A stretch of DNA of 64,000 bases from positions 168,537 to 232,536 of the forward strand of contig NMRA01000241.1 of assembly GCA_002633005.1 (NCBI GenBank), given 5' to 3'. The notes beneath the pieces were generated by a model. The model was not told the origin of the DNA and made no database searches. It saw only the letters and a program-made list of their open reading frames with translations. The stretch comes from Phoronis australis. Taxonomy: Eukaryota > Animalia > Phoronida. Numbering within the stretch: the stretch's first letter is position 1; the number at the start of each line of letters is the position of its first letter. The translations under genes and the position numbers were made by a program. Below are positions 1 through 13,050 of the stretch, piece by piece.

Positions 1-255
1 AATTTGTTTTTAATTCTATGTTTCTGTGGTGCTTTAAGCAACTGGTGTATAGGATGTGCTTGTATTATGAAGATTACTCACATTTTGCCCCTAGCCTATT
101 GAGGAGACAATGACCATGCCTTTCCATTTTGCTAAGTACAACATACTACATATATGCCCTCTACTGGCCACTTTATGGTACCACTAAACAACCCTAGAGG
201 GATACCGTATGCGGTGCAATTGTGGGCGCATTTCAGCGCTCTGCGTTGCTCTTGT
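1..255 (+). mobile_element. 3' end of a HINE/DINE-1-like non-autonomous Helentron (family 1), truncated by window edge
   Basis: Ends in TGTGGGCGCAT subterminal repeat, CAGCGC-tct-GCGTTG hairpin and CTCTTGT; near-identical to the reverse complement of ~33442-33680. Confidence 0.8.
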
Positions 256-702
256 ATCTCTGGAGTACCCACCTCCATTGTGTATTGCGAGTTCCCCCAA
301 CTTGGTCTTGGAAGTACCCTTTGAGCTGACTTGGGAGTACTACTCGAGCTGGCCACAGGAGTAACCCCCCAACCTGGCCTTGGGAATGCCTCACCGAGCT
401 GGTTGTGGGAACACTCTTGGAGCTCTACCATTTTGTGGTTTTGTAACAAATCAGAATTCACTCTTGTGGGCCCCTATTTTTACAATAGCATTGATTTATT
501 ACAAAGTAGACCACCACATGTGTCCTGATTAATACACAGTTTTGTTATACTTGTAATAAAACTGGTAGTTGTTAAAGCCGGGCCCAACAGTGCATAAACT
601 AAGTTTGACATATTCTGTTTTGGTGCTTTACAAAACAATGAAAACAGTTGGTACATTGTTGATTTTTGTAACTTTAGCATTTACAGGGGACATCAGGTGT
701 GA

Positions 703-873
<171 letters not shown>

Positions 874-1057
874 TGATTAAAGCTAAGGTTCCTCCTTATT
901 ACTTGATAAATTTGTAAATTCTTAAGCAATGCTATTTACCAAGTGATTATTAGTTGGTGACATAAGAATGCCTGATACTATTATTAGGGCACCTGGAAAG
1001 AGAACATAGTTGGTGTGTTGTCACAAGCAACATATGCTGTGAGAAATATTGACTTAT

Positions 1058-1160
1058 GGATCAGTCACAGTTTACTGCTTACTCCTGAGGTTGTGAGTTC
1101 GAGTCGCACTGGGCCACACTGGTCAGCCCTTGAGTCAGGTCTTTAGCTCCTCAGCTTGGT
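1058..1160 (+). mobile_element. Possible decayed tRNA-derived SINE head
   Basis: B-box-like GAGTTCGAGTC followed by GCCCTTGAGTCAGG; no intact cloverleaf. Confidence 0.35.
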
Positions 1161-1249
1161 TTTAACTATATATAAATAAAGGAAAAGAAATTGTTTCAGG
1201 TGATCAGTTCAGGTGATCAGTGCAATGGGCCAACATGTGCAGCCTGCCA

Positions 1250-1320
1250 ACGTCTGGTACAATGTGTATCAGCACGTCTGGTACAACGTGTATCAGCAAG
1301 TCTGCTACAATGTGTATCAG
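1250..1320 (+). repeat. Short tandem repeat, ~23-bp unit x3
   Basis: ACGTCTGGTACAATGTGTATCAGC-like units. Confidence 0.8.
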
Positions 1321-2745
1321 ATCGGCTGCAATTATTTTTTATACAATACTGCCATAATTAAACGTTTTATCTCCTCTGACTAGTCATTTCTCCGGCAGCC
1401 AATTGGTATGTGAGTAAAGGTCCTTCGCTTGCTCGTGAAACACTCGCCTTTCACTTGCGTGATTTTGTGTGCTCTTGTATGATCTTGCTTTTCTCACAAC
1501 AGACTTGCTCTGCGGAACTCACTCAGTATCATTTTCTGATGATTATGATTTAATTTAACCCCAGGTGTTCTCTTCCACATGTTGGTTTGTGAGGTTGACG
1601 CTGCTCATTATAAATTCAGACCAACACAATACGTTGGCATCCTAGTAAAATCAGTACTCAAGACAATGGCAAATGTGGAAATACCTGATCTGAGAGGGCA
1701 AAACACTCACCCACATTGGTGGTACAGTAATTCTCTGTTTGTTTTGCACAAAATAATTGCCCAATATTGTGAGTATTTTCTGTAAATAATGGAAAACTTT
1801 CCAAACGTTGTTTTATAACATCTACATAGTACAAACCATGCTTGTAATAGACTAAAAATTTTTCAATGTTTACTTTTGTAGAGCAATTTGACAAAATAGA
1901 ATTTTACATTGGCCATATTGTGTGCTAAATAAGTGAAAAATTACTGTACAGATATGTAGCAACTGGTCTCTTGAGAGAACCTCCTGGAATTAAGCGTGTG
2001 TTAGTTAAGTTGGCGTGTTTGTGAAAGATACTGACTTAAAGGAATGGGATTGTGCATCAGCTTGGACTTAACATGTTACTTAAGTGAAGTCTGAGAGATA
2101 TGTAGTTATGACAATGACAAGTGCAAGTATGATCTTATGTCACTTTCCTACCAGCACCGCAACTCCCTAGTTTTTCGGACTTATGCTCTGTGGGAAAGCT
2201 TAAATCCCGGACTTAATTAGCCATGGCAACTTCGCCCAAAATAGGTTTACTGCAGTTGTCAATGTTAAAGTGCAGAGTTGTGACATCAGTCGCGCAAAAA
2301 TCAATGGTACTTTTGTCATTCCTGCTCTCGCGGAATAAGAAATCAGAAATCTGACATAGAATTGTAACACTGATCTGTCTGGCATTATTCATTGTAAATG
2401 GGGGGAGATGTAAGCCAATCTCAAATCGGTTAGTTAGACAATATGATTCAATCAGGCCATCTGGTATTCAATTCAGAGAACTAATGATATCGGCAGTCAA
2501 TGGAAGAGGTAAGTGGAGTTGCCGTCCAGGACATGCAGTGGAGTTGTGGTGGACATGCAGTGGAGTTGTGGTGGAACTCCCTAATGGAAAGCAACATCAC
2601 TCAACTTGTAGAATGTGGTATTCATGTAGCCAGTTTTAGTTTAGCCTATAACACATGTCATGTCCAAATCGTTTGGCTGTTACTAGGTGATAATGGCTAA
2701 GAGCCAGTAAGAAAGGACACAGTTGATGCTTTCGTCTTTCTTCAG

Positions 2746-2826
2746 ATTGTTTCATACCAACCCTATGGCAAGTCTGTTGACTGGTGGGCATTTGGTGTAC
2801 TACTGTTTGAAATGCTAGTTGGGCAG
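2746..2826 (+). CDS. PRKCB: Conventional PKC exon (subdomain IX)
   Basis: ttcag|ATT...CAG|gtgagt, 81 nt, phase 0/0; [27 protein letters not shown]. Confidence 0.96.
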
Positions 2827-3605
2827 GTGAGTCTGAACAATGTGATTAATTAGAAGAATAATGAAGGAATAATAGCCACATCCTTAAATTTCACAGTATC
2901 ACTTTTAAGAGTTCCCACCACGCATTTTCTTAGTTTTTGAGGTTAACTAATAAGAACCTTTTATGCCAAATAGTTGCAATTTTTGTTTTGAAGAGAAATT
3001 AGATGTTTCCAATTTTCCTGCTAAGTCATGTATAATGGGTAGAAGATATTTGTTCACGTGACCGACAGCAGATCAGAAGGCGAGGATAATTGTGAGCTAG
3101 AACTGGACAACTATTATGCAAAATAGACACTTTATAATCACTGACAAAGGCCACAGTAATCCTGGGTCAGTCCTATTCCCTATTGCCATGATGGAATGAG
3201 CACGGTCTAAAAACAAGGCATAAGGCTACGAGTCATAGCGCTCAATCTGGGCCGGGGATAACTCACCTCAAAATGGAAGCACTTTGTTTGTTATTTTTAA
3301 AATTTGCAAATACACTTACAAGGTGGCAAGTCCTTCATCGTAACGCTGCTTTTATTTGTGTTTGGTCAAAATACGATTCCGTAAAATATGCCGAACAAAG
3401 GGGTGGCTCCCGCCCGAATCGCATGTTTCACACTGACATCCCACTCTCTTGTGCATTGCACAAACCGTTGCCTTTTCTGTGCAACTTTTCATGCCTGAAA
3501 CAGGCGGCTCTTCGCAACCCCTTGGTATCGCACTGGTAAAAACAGCAATGGCGGAGACTGTCTTCCTTCCATTACGTACAATCCCGATAACAGAATATAT
3601 ATATA

Positions 3606-4763
3606 TTTTTTATGCGCCCACATATTTATATGTGGACGCATTATGCCGTCATCTCTGTCCGTCCGTCCGTCCGTCTGTACGGGCGGCGTCCGGCGTCCGC
3701 TGCTCTATCTCCAAAACCCTTTGACATACGTTCATGAAATTTGGCACATATGTTCCATTCATGAATGGGACGGCATGTGCGAACTTTCGGACGGATCCGA
3801 CTACCGGTGTGCCCTTTAGTGGCAATTTTAGTTTTTTACGCTTACCTTTGTATTTTCAAAAGTCCTGAACGGATTTTCATGAAATTTGGTATGTAGGCAC
3901 CTATTAGTGAGATGACGCTATCCTGCCGTTTTCAGATGGATTCGACATAGTTTGCGCCACCTAGTGGCCATTTTTAGTGTTTTTGAGTCTGTTTTTGTGC
4001 GTCTACCCCTCTATCAACCAAACCGCTCAAAGGATGATTGTGAAAATTGGCATGTATATGCTTACTATGTAGACGACGGTTGACGATGATTTTCCGACGA
4101 TTTTGACTACTGTGGCGCCTCCTAGTGGTAGTTTTTTTTTGCGCCTATGGCTGTATCTCCTAAACCGTTCGCAGAATCTTTACGAAATTGTGTAAGTATA
4201 TTTATATGATGTTAACAACGGAAGATGACGACTTTTGGACGGATCCGACTACTGGTGGGCCCCCTAGTGGCAATTTTATTTTTTTACGCTTACCTTTGTA
4301 TCTTCAAAAGTCCTGAACGGATTTTCATGAAATTTGGTGTGTAGACACCTATTAGTGAGATGACGCTATCCTCCTGTTTTCAGATAGATTCGACATAGTT
4401 TGCGCCACCTATTGGCCATTTTTACTGTTTTCGAGTCTGTATTTTTGCGTCCACCCCTCTATCAATCAAACCGCTCAAACGATGATTGTGAAAATTGCCG
4501 TGTATGTGCTTACTATAAGGAAGACAGCTGACAATGATTTTCAGACGATTTGGACTACTGTGGTGCCTCCTAGTGGCAGTTTTGTTTTTTTTTTGCGCCC
4601 ATGGCTGTATCTCCTAAACCGTTTGCAGGATCTTTACTAAATTTAGCAAGTGTATTTATATGATGTTGACAACGGACGATGACGACTTTAGGATGATTCT
4701 GACTACCGGTACCGTATGCGGTGCAATTGTGGGCGCATTTCAACGCTCTGCGTTGCTCTTGTT
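3606..4763 (+). mobile_element. Complete HINE/DINE-1-like non-autonomous Helentron (family 1)
   Basis: 5' T-run, ATGCGCCCACATA/TATGTGGACGCAT hairpin, (GTCC)n microsatellite, central tandem ~150-bp repeats, 3' TGTGGGCGCAT (4728-4738, inverse of 3612-3622), CAACGC-tct-GCGTTG stem-loop, no target-site duplication. Confidence 0.85.
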
Positions 4764-5269
4764 AATTTTTGGCTTGTTTCTTAGCAACAGGTATACTAAA
4801 GGCTATTAAATCTCTTAAGATGTATTGATAAAATTCTTCTTGAGACACAGGGTCATGGTGGGAACTCTTTAATGCTGTTTGTATTTGTCCACAATGCATC
4901 AGTAGGGCACTCTACACTACTTCTCTGCTAATCACTTTTTACTTCAAAATTATTATCAAAATGACTTTCGACTTTCTAATTCCAATAAAATTTTACTGCT
5001 GTAAAATGAATTGCTATGGTGAATTTTCTTTTAGGGTCTTTGAAAAGTTTAAATTTTTCTTTGACGTTTTCTTTTAATTTTCATATTTTGCGTTATGGTC
5101 TTCGGTTATCACAAATTACAGAAAACATGGAGGTCACAGAACTGGTTTTTCCTTTGAAGCCGTCTAAACAGAGGCACCCGTGACAAAATTGTGAAATATA
5201 AAAAAATATTGAATATACTTTTGAAAACAGATAATTTTTGTGGTAGGATGTCAGTTTTTTTTTTTTGTG

Positions 5270-5414
5270 NNNNNNNNNNNNNNNNNNNNNNNNNNNNNNN
5301 NNNNNNNNNNNNNNNNNNNNNNNNNNNNNNNNNNNNNNNNNNNNNNNNNNNNNNNNNNNNNNNNNNNNNNNNNNNNNNNNNNNNNNNNNNNNNNNNNNNN
5401 NNNNNNNNNNNNNN
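5270..5414. other. Assembly gap
   Basis: Run of N. Confidence 1.
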
Positions 5415-8400
5415 TGTTGGCAATTTTATTTTTTTTTACGTTTACCTTGTAGCTTCAAAGGTCCTTTCATAAAATTGGGAAATAGGTATTTATTAGTGAA
5501 GTGATGCTAACTTTCAGATGGATTTGAGGTATTTTGTGCCACCTAGTGGCTGTTTTTACTGTTTTTGAATCTGTTTTTTGACGTCCACCCTTCTATCAAA
5601 CAAACTACTCTAAGGATGATTATTAAAATTGTTATGTGTGTTCCTACTATGAAGAGGATGACTGACAATTTTCCGACGACTTCAACTACTGTAGTGCCTC
5701 CTAGTGGTGGTTTTGGCTGTATCTCTAAAACCCTCTGAAAGATCTTTATTAAACTTGGCAAGTGTATTAATTTGATATGAAGTTGACTATGCACGACAAA
5801 GACTTTCAGACGGATCCGTTAAAGGCTGTGCCCCATAGTGGCAATTTCATTTTTTCTGTTTCCTTCTGTTTCTCTGAGTTTCCTTGACAGATTTTTGTGA
5901 AATTTGGTACATACCTTTCTATTAAAGAAACGATGACATGTTTCTGGTTTCGAATGGATTCAACATATTTTGTGCCATCTGTTGGCCATTTTTACTGTTT
6001 TCTAGTCTGTTTTTGACATCCGCCCCTCTATCAACCAAAACCACTCTAAGCATTATTTTGAAAATTGTTTCTACTGTTCGAGGATGGCTGATGCTAATTT
6101 TTTGGACGACTCGGACTACTGTGGCACCTCCTAGTGGCAGTTTTTTGTGTTTATGGCTGTATCTCCCAAACCCTCTGCAGGATCTTTTTTGAATTTGGCA
6201 AGTGTGTTTACATGAAGTTGACAACGGAGAACGATGACATTTGGATGTATCCAACTGCTGTTTTGCCCTCCCCCCAGCAGCAAATTTATTATTTTTCTTT
6301 TGTCCTCTGTATCTTTTGAAACTCTTTGACAGAGTTTTATGGAATTTAATAAATAGGTTTCCATTAAACAGAAGATGACAGGTGTCTGTTTTTGGNTTTT
6401 TTGAATTTGGCAAGTGTGTTTACATGAAGTTGACAACGGAGAACGACGACATTTGGATGTATCCAACTGCTCTTTTGCCCTCCCCCAGCAGCAATTTTAT
6501 TGTTTTTCTTTTGTCCTCTGTATCTTTTTAAACTCTTTGACAGAGTTTTATGGAATTTAATAAATAGGTTTCCATTAAACAGAAGATGACAGGTGTCTGT
6601 TTTTGGTTAGGTTCAACATATAGCGGCCATTGTTACTATCATGTAATTTTGCACATATGTTTCTATCAAGGAGACAATGGCGCCGTCTTATTTTTGCATG
6701 GATTTGATGTATTTTGCACCGTTTTAAAAAATTTTGAGTAGGTTTTTGACATTATCCTCTCCATCCACCAACCACTTGAAGGATCGTTGTTAAAATTTAG
6801 AGATGTGTTCCTCATGTGAAGACCAAGGCTGATATTGATTTTTGGATGTGTTCGACTACTCTGGCACCCCCTAGAGGAAATTTAATTTTTTTGTGTCCAC
6901 AGCTGTATCTTTGTACCTTTGTACAATCTTTGTGAAATTTAGCAGATGTGTTCCTATGGAGGTTGCAACAGATGACAGCGAGTTTCAGACCAGTCCAATT
7001 ACATCCTGTGATTTGTAGTGGCTCTGTGACTTCAGAGTTCCTTGTTGCTTTTTCATGAAATTTGGCAAACAAATTTCTGTTATGAAGGCAACGTCACCTT
7101 TCCTTTTTGTGATGAATTTGATTAATTATTTTTAGCTTGTTTTTGTTGTCTGCTTCTGTATCGGTCAAACTGAGCAGAGGATTATTATGAAGTGATGCGT
7201 TCCTTCTGACAAGAGCATGACTGACGTGGGTTTTAAACAGGTCCAGCTACTTTTGTACCCCCTAGTGACATTTTTTTGCATCTATGGCCACTGTATCTCC
7301 TAATCCCATTACAAAATGTCCACTTTTGGGCTTCAACCTTTCTATCTGCCAAATTGCTTGAAGGATCATTATGAACCTTGGCAGACTTGTTTCTGTTGAG
7401 GAGACTGTGGATGACGTTGATTTTCAGACAGGTTCAACTATTTTGGTACCTCCTGGTGGTAATTTTTTGGCATCCACAGATGTATCTCTTTAAATTATTA
7501 CATGATCTTTATGAAATTTGGCACTTTTGTTCCTATGGAGCCAACAACAGGTGATGATGACTTTCAGACCAATCCAACTACTATTGTGCCCCCTAGTGAC
7601 AATTTTAGTTTTTTATGTTTTCCTTTGTATCTTTGGATCTAAATGATGGATTTTATGAAATTTAGCAAACATGTTTCCATTAAAGCAATTGCGATGCCTT
7701 TCTATTTTTGGGCATTTTAATTATTTTTCACGCCTAGTCTTTATTTGCCAAACCCCTCAGAGGGTAACTATGAAGCTTAGCAGATGTATTTTTGATGAGA
7801 AGAACATTGCTGACATGTCTGACTACTGTGGTGCCTCCTAATAGTGATTTTGTCATTTTTACGTCCACGCCTGTATCTGCTTAATCCTTTGCAGGGTCTT
7901 TATGAAATCTTTTCCTGTGACAACAGTTGCCCATGGCTTTTGGGTGGTGCTGACTGACTGTGACATCTAGTGGCTGTTTAAGTTTTGCTTTAAACTTACG
8001 ATTTTATACAAAATTTGCCAAACAAGTTTCTATCATGAAGACTATGCCATTTTGACCATTCCATTTTGACAAGGATTCGACGTATTCTGTGCCATCTTGT
8101 GGCCATTTTTATTATTTTCAAGTTTATTTTCTGCCGTCTGCCTCTGTATCTGCCAAACCGCTTAGAGCATCATTAAGACAATTGGCACGTGTGTTGCTAC
8201 TGACAAGAGCATGGCTTTCGTGGATTTTCAGTTGCGTCCAACCACTTTGGTATCCTCTAGTGACATTTTTCGCATCAGCGGCTGTATCTCCTTAACCCTT
8301 TGGAAGATTTTTTGGAACTATTGACTTGGCAATTGATGGATGGATTCGGCTATCGCTGTGCTTCCTAATTGCAATTTGTTTTTTCATGTTTGCCTCTATA

Positions 8401-8600
8401 TCTTTGGAATTCTTTGACGGATTTTCATGAAATTTGGCAAATAATTTGTATTAGAAATACGACGACACCGTCTTGTTGTTGGAGGGATTCAAAGTATCCT
8501 GTGCCATCTAATGGCCATTTTTATCATACTAATAAACAGCCCTAGAAGCATGGTGTTCGCGATGCACATGCTATTTCACTGCTCCGCATTGCTCTCGATT
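5415..8600 (+). mobile_element. Older expanded copy of HINE family 1: ~3.2-kb degenerate array of ~150-bp monomers
   Basis: Recurrent CC(T/C)AGTGG / ATGAAATTTGGCA / CTGTATCTC blocks as in 3606-4763; decayed 3' hairpin at ~8575-8600; 5' end falls in the N gap. Confidence 0.75.
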
Positions 8601-9258
8601 TCTTTTATGTTATACTTTGATGCCTATCGTGTTTTCTAAGAAATAAAAAAGATTAGTGGGTCGTCATATTCATTTCTGAGCTATTTTAGCTCAAACAGCA
8701 CCACATGAGAGAGCGAAAGTTTGAAGATGAGGATTAGTCCGCTGCATTCCACTAGATGGCGCTTATCGTGTTGTTGGGATTGTGAAATAAGTTGGAATGG
8801 GAGCAATCTAAGACAAGAAGTTTCTTTTAATAAATTCAAAATTGCTGTTTGAATTATTAAGTCGTACATATTGTCTACCCTCTGGTTTCCCTATTGTTTA
8901 GCATGATGTCATTATGAAATTTGATGTCGCCATGCTATTATTTAAAAATGTCAAAATAACAAAACTCAATGCAAACACAACATTTTTCAAATTAAATAAT
9001 CTGTTATTTGAAATAAAAGTTATATTCAAATGTTACGTAAATTAATCAATCTCATACACCTATTCATTTGCTTCACGGCTTTTGGCAAACTGTGTTGAAT
9101 CCCCTTAATTACCTTTTTGATGGTCTCAGTGGCACATAAAGCAATCGGATAGTCTGAGTGAAGACCACAAACTGCTCACTTTGATTAGGTTGTGAAGTAA
9201 AAGACTTTTCTGAAGTTGATACCTCCCTGCCTTATTGATTGGACTTGTTTCTTTCCAG

Positions 9259-9366
9259 CCTCCCTTTGATGGTGAAGATGAGGAGGAACTATTTAGCTCA
9301 ATCACTGATCACACTGTCTCATATCCTAAATCCCTGTCAAAAGAGGCCACCAGCATTTGTAAAGGG
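9259..9366 (+). CDS. PRKCB: Conventional PKC exon (subdomain X)
   Basis: ttccag|CCT...GGG|gtaaga, 108 nt; [36 protein letters not shown]. Confidence 0.96.
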
Positions 9367-9778
9367 GTAAGAGGGCTTCACATAGGTTCACTGTCCAATT
9401 GTGCTGAATGTATTGTTGTAGTTATTTGATGATAGTTTTAATCAATTTAAACGGAATTGTTTCTGAAAGAAGCTGGGAATGTTATAGTGAGTAGGAGTTA
9501 GTTTCCAATGTGCTTGTCCTTTTCTAGGCAGATTTCCATTATCTTTTGTGATTATGTCAATAAATTGTTAAAACTGAAAAGTTAATGTCCAATAGAGATA
9601 TTGAATTTAATTCAATAATATCTAATAAAAGCTGAGCTGCGATGGAAGTAGGAATAGATCCAACATGATGTATCGGAACTCTGGCTATCCCTTTGGGTAC
9701 TTGGAAAGAGCGCATTTCATAGTTATTGACCATTCAGTGACGTCAGTCTGGATTCTATCTACAATGGATCTGTTGTAG

Positions 9779-9919
9779 TTGTTGATAAAGAACCCTTTCA
9801 AGCGCCTTGGGTGCGGTGCGACGGGAGAGAAAGACATCAAGGAGCATTCCTTCTTCCGTAGAATCGACTGGGTCAAACTGGAGGCAAGAGAGATCCAGCC
9901 GCCGTTCAAGCCCAAGATC
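9779..9919 (+). CDS. PRKCB: Conventional PKC exon (subdomain XI and start of AGC C-tail)
   Basis: ttgtag|TTG...ATC|gtaagc, 141 nt; [47 protein letters not shown]. Confidence 0.95.
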
Positions 9920-11275
9920 GTAAGCTAACCATTTTCAGCACCTCTTATTAGTTAAGTGTGAGATATCGTCGTACAGACAGTAGTGCTATGTTTCCACGTA
10001 ACTGCATGTGTTTCTAACTGTTGTGATCACTTTAGATATGCACATTGTAACTGTTGTTTGTTTACTTCGCCAATCAGTATTCAGTTTCTTATTTTCTTTT
10101 TTGTTATCAGTAGTTCAGAACTTCTTCCTCTGACAATTTATGAGTATCCGATTATTAAACAAATTGACTGACTTGTGTAGTTTATGAATTAATGAAGTCT
10201 TTAATTGTAATGAACTGTTGAGATTTGCCTTGTTGCGATTTGCCTGAAGATTTTTATTTAGGTTGAGATCCAAGATGGACAATATTGTAAAAAATGGCAC
10301 AGGCTTCATGTCAGGCAATTAGAATGAAAACAAAAAGTCAAAACATTTTATAGCCTCTGAGAGCCCTTCTTCCAGAAAAAAAGGCTTACTTTTTACTAAA
10401 ACCACTAACCCTTAATAAATTAGGAATGGATTATGGACCTAACTTAAGAAGAAATGATAACTCTGCACTTTCCAGGCCACGATGTGTACATAAAATGACC
10501 CACCACAGGTTGAACTTGTCACTTATTGGTGCATTAAGTGGTCCAAGTGACAAAATATGGGTCATAGCAGCGATTTGCAAATACTAATCAGTTCCTTGAC
10601 TCTAGCTTTCATAAAACTTGTCACTCTGACAGTTACAAATTAACATTTAAGATCCAAAACTATTCACTGTCTTTTTCTATATTTTTCACAGCTTAATTAC
10701 TACTTGGGCATTTTTTCGGCATGAATCTTAGTCTTGTATAGCATGTATCAAACTTTGAATTGATGGCAATGCAGAGTTCTTGTCCACTCTACAGAAGTTG
10801 GTGTCTTAAACTCGGGCTAGTATGCCTTTGCTGCAAAGTTCGCTCAGTGGATGTGTATTCTATTGCATGGCGTCTGCACTGTTGGTAATGGTTGCCGTGT
10901 CATGCGCTACGGGTGATGTTATTGTTGTTGTCCAGTGATACAATTACATGCAATACAGCCTGAGAAAGCACTGAAGTTTTTCGTGTGACAGAACTTCTCA
11001 TCATAAGCATTTTTGAATTACTATTTTTCAATATATACTGTAGTGGTGGCAATTTGACGCACTTCATATGAACGTGCATGAATCAAAGCCATCTTGTTTG
11101 GCAACACTGAAGTCTGGCTCTGTGCTGTCACAGTGCCAGAAATGTACCAAAACTTAGCATGCTTCGTGAAAGACACCAAGCCTCTGTTGTGGACACTGCT
11201 TGCTCTCTCATTGTACACACCGGTTATGCCGAGTCGCTCTTAAATGTGTCACGTGTCTCTTTTCCACCACACCAG

Positions 11276-11428
11276 ATGGATGCGCGCAAGGGCGAAAACT
11301 TCGACAAAGTCTTCACGCGTCAGAACGTCGATCTGACTCCTCACGACCCGATGGTATTACTAAGCCTGTGCCAGGACGAGTTTAACGGCTTCACTTATGT
11401 CAACCCCTATTTCGCTGTCAGTTCATGA
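11276..11428 (+). CDS. PRKCB: PKC alternative terminal exon A (V5 tail, alpha/betaII-like)
   Basis: accag|ATG...TGA, phase 0, 153 nt; MDARKGENFDKVFTRQNVDLTPHDPMVLLSLCQDEFNGFTYVNPYFAVSS* with NFD motif, turn motif LTP and hydrophobic motif FxxFTY. Confidence 0.85.
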   Translation: MDARKGENFDKVFTRQNVDLTPHDPMVLLSLCQDEFNGFTYVNPYFAVSS

Positions 11429-12911
11429 TCTCTAGTACCCTGTAGTATGTATTCATTTCTTTCTTATTTGTTTCTTACTTTCTGGTCCCAACTTGTGCAG
11501 AGGAATGCAGAGAGGGGTTGTCCTACCCCGAGCACTTAGATTTGCTTGGCCTTCACCATTGCACTCCTACCCAAATGTCTCCCGTGTTGTCCCTGAAATG
11601 CTTTAAAATATCACGCAACACAGATTTGGAATTGATAAGTTAAGATGAAATTGTTTACAGCAACATTCTCACTCCGATTCTCGCGCGCGTTTTGTACTTA
11701 TTAAGGGAAGTTCAATACTTGTCAGAAATGTTGGCATGAACAGTTCATTGTTATATTCACAAGACTGTGGTAACTGAAGTTTAACTAACACCTAGTTTTG
11801 TTTTCAACATTGGTATATGGATGTACCTGCTACAAATATAATTGCATTTGTTCAAAAATCAAACTCAAAGTTTAATCTCAGCTAATAATCCCCCTTAGCC
11901 TTCCCAGTGTCATACCTCTGCATGAGTAGGGGTTAGTGGTGATGTCTGTCAATTGCTGCTAGGTTTTAGTGGTAGCTTGTATTAGTCAATGTTTGCTGTT
12001 ATCTAGCTAGAAGGTATAGAGTTGTTAGCCTCGCCATTATTGCCTGTGTGGGAGTCAGGGTCACTGCCTTGTAATGATCGCAAAACTAAACCATGTGTTA
12101 CTTATTGATGGATTATGTATGACTAAGTAAATTTCTGAAAGTCTGCCAAAATTCCTCCCTTCTCTATGAAAACTACTTCCCTAAGGTTTTGGTTCTCATC
12201 TCGTAATAGAGGATTTCCACTAGAATTTCAGGAAAAGGTGTATGCAGGCCATCAGCCAGGGTATGTTTTCTACTGTCTAGAAAATGGCTGATTATTGATG
12301 ATCCTTTATTGCTTGTGATGTTTTTTATAATTTATGCCCGACTGACATTCAATAGAATTCTATGAACATTTATTTAGCAAACCTCAAACTGGAAGGTTGA
12401 TAGAATTTCCCCTGGGTAAGGTCCAACAAATATCTCAGAACTTCTGATGTGGTATGGAAGGTTGTTGATAAAATGAATGATAACTTAATCAGCCAAATTA
12501 GCCATCATTGTATCATTTAAAGCTGCATTCCACCCTGTTTAAATCGCTAAATGTCAACAGTCTCCTACTCTCAGTCTCATATTATACCTTACCAGTTTAA
12601 GTGGCAGGCAATGTGTACTTGCACCATTTTCAAATTTGAAATTTTAGATTTCGCTAACCCCAATAAACTCTGGATGTTTTTCTTGAATCGCTGATGTTTT
12701 GATGCTCTTGTTGGTAATGGAAAAAGAATATTATCATAGTAAAGAATGTGGTGAGACCCATTTTATGAGAGTAAAAGGACTAATTCTATTTTCATTTCAG
12801 CTAAACAGGTCGAAAGGAGCTTTAAGTCAAGTTGTGAAATAAAATAAAAAGTACCTTTTCCATTTTTGCTTATGTTACATTTGATCCAACCCTATAGGCC
12901 TCAACGTTTGC

Positions 12912-13050
12912 TATCAGTCTGCAAGGTTTTGGCCTTGATATCAGTCTGCAAGGTTTTGGCCTTGATATCAGTCTGCAAGGTTTTGGCCTTGATATCAGTC
13001 TGCAAGGTTTTGGCCTTGATATCAGTCTGCAAGGTTTTGGCCTTGATATC
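12912..13050 (+). repeat. Minisatellite, 27-bp unit x5 (perfect)
   Basis: TATCAGTCTGCAAGGTTTTGGCCTTGA repeated; explains the SVCKVLALI ORF. Confidence 0.95.

Noticed and set aside
1058-1160. tRNA gene
   Set aside because: Only a B-box-like motif; no cloverleaf can be folded, so at most a SINE relic.
6185-6605. ~210-bp near-exact tandem duplication in the HINE array
   Set aside because: The junction is a single N at 6396, so it is probably unmerged overlapping contig ends or haplotypes.
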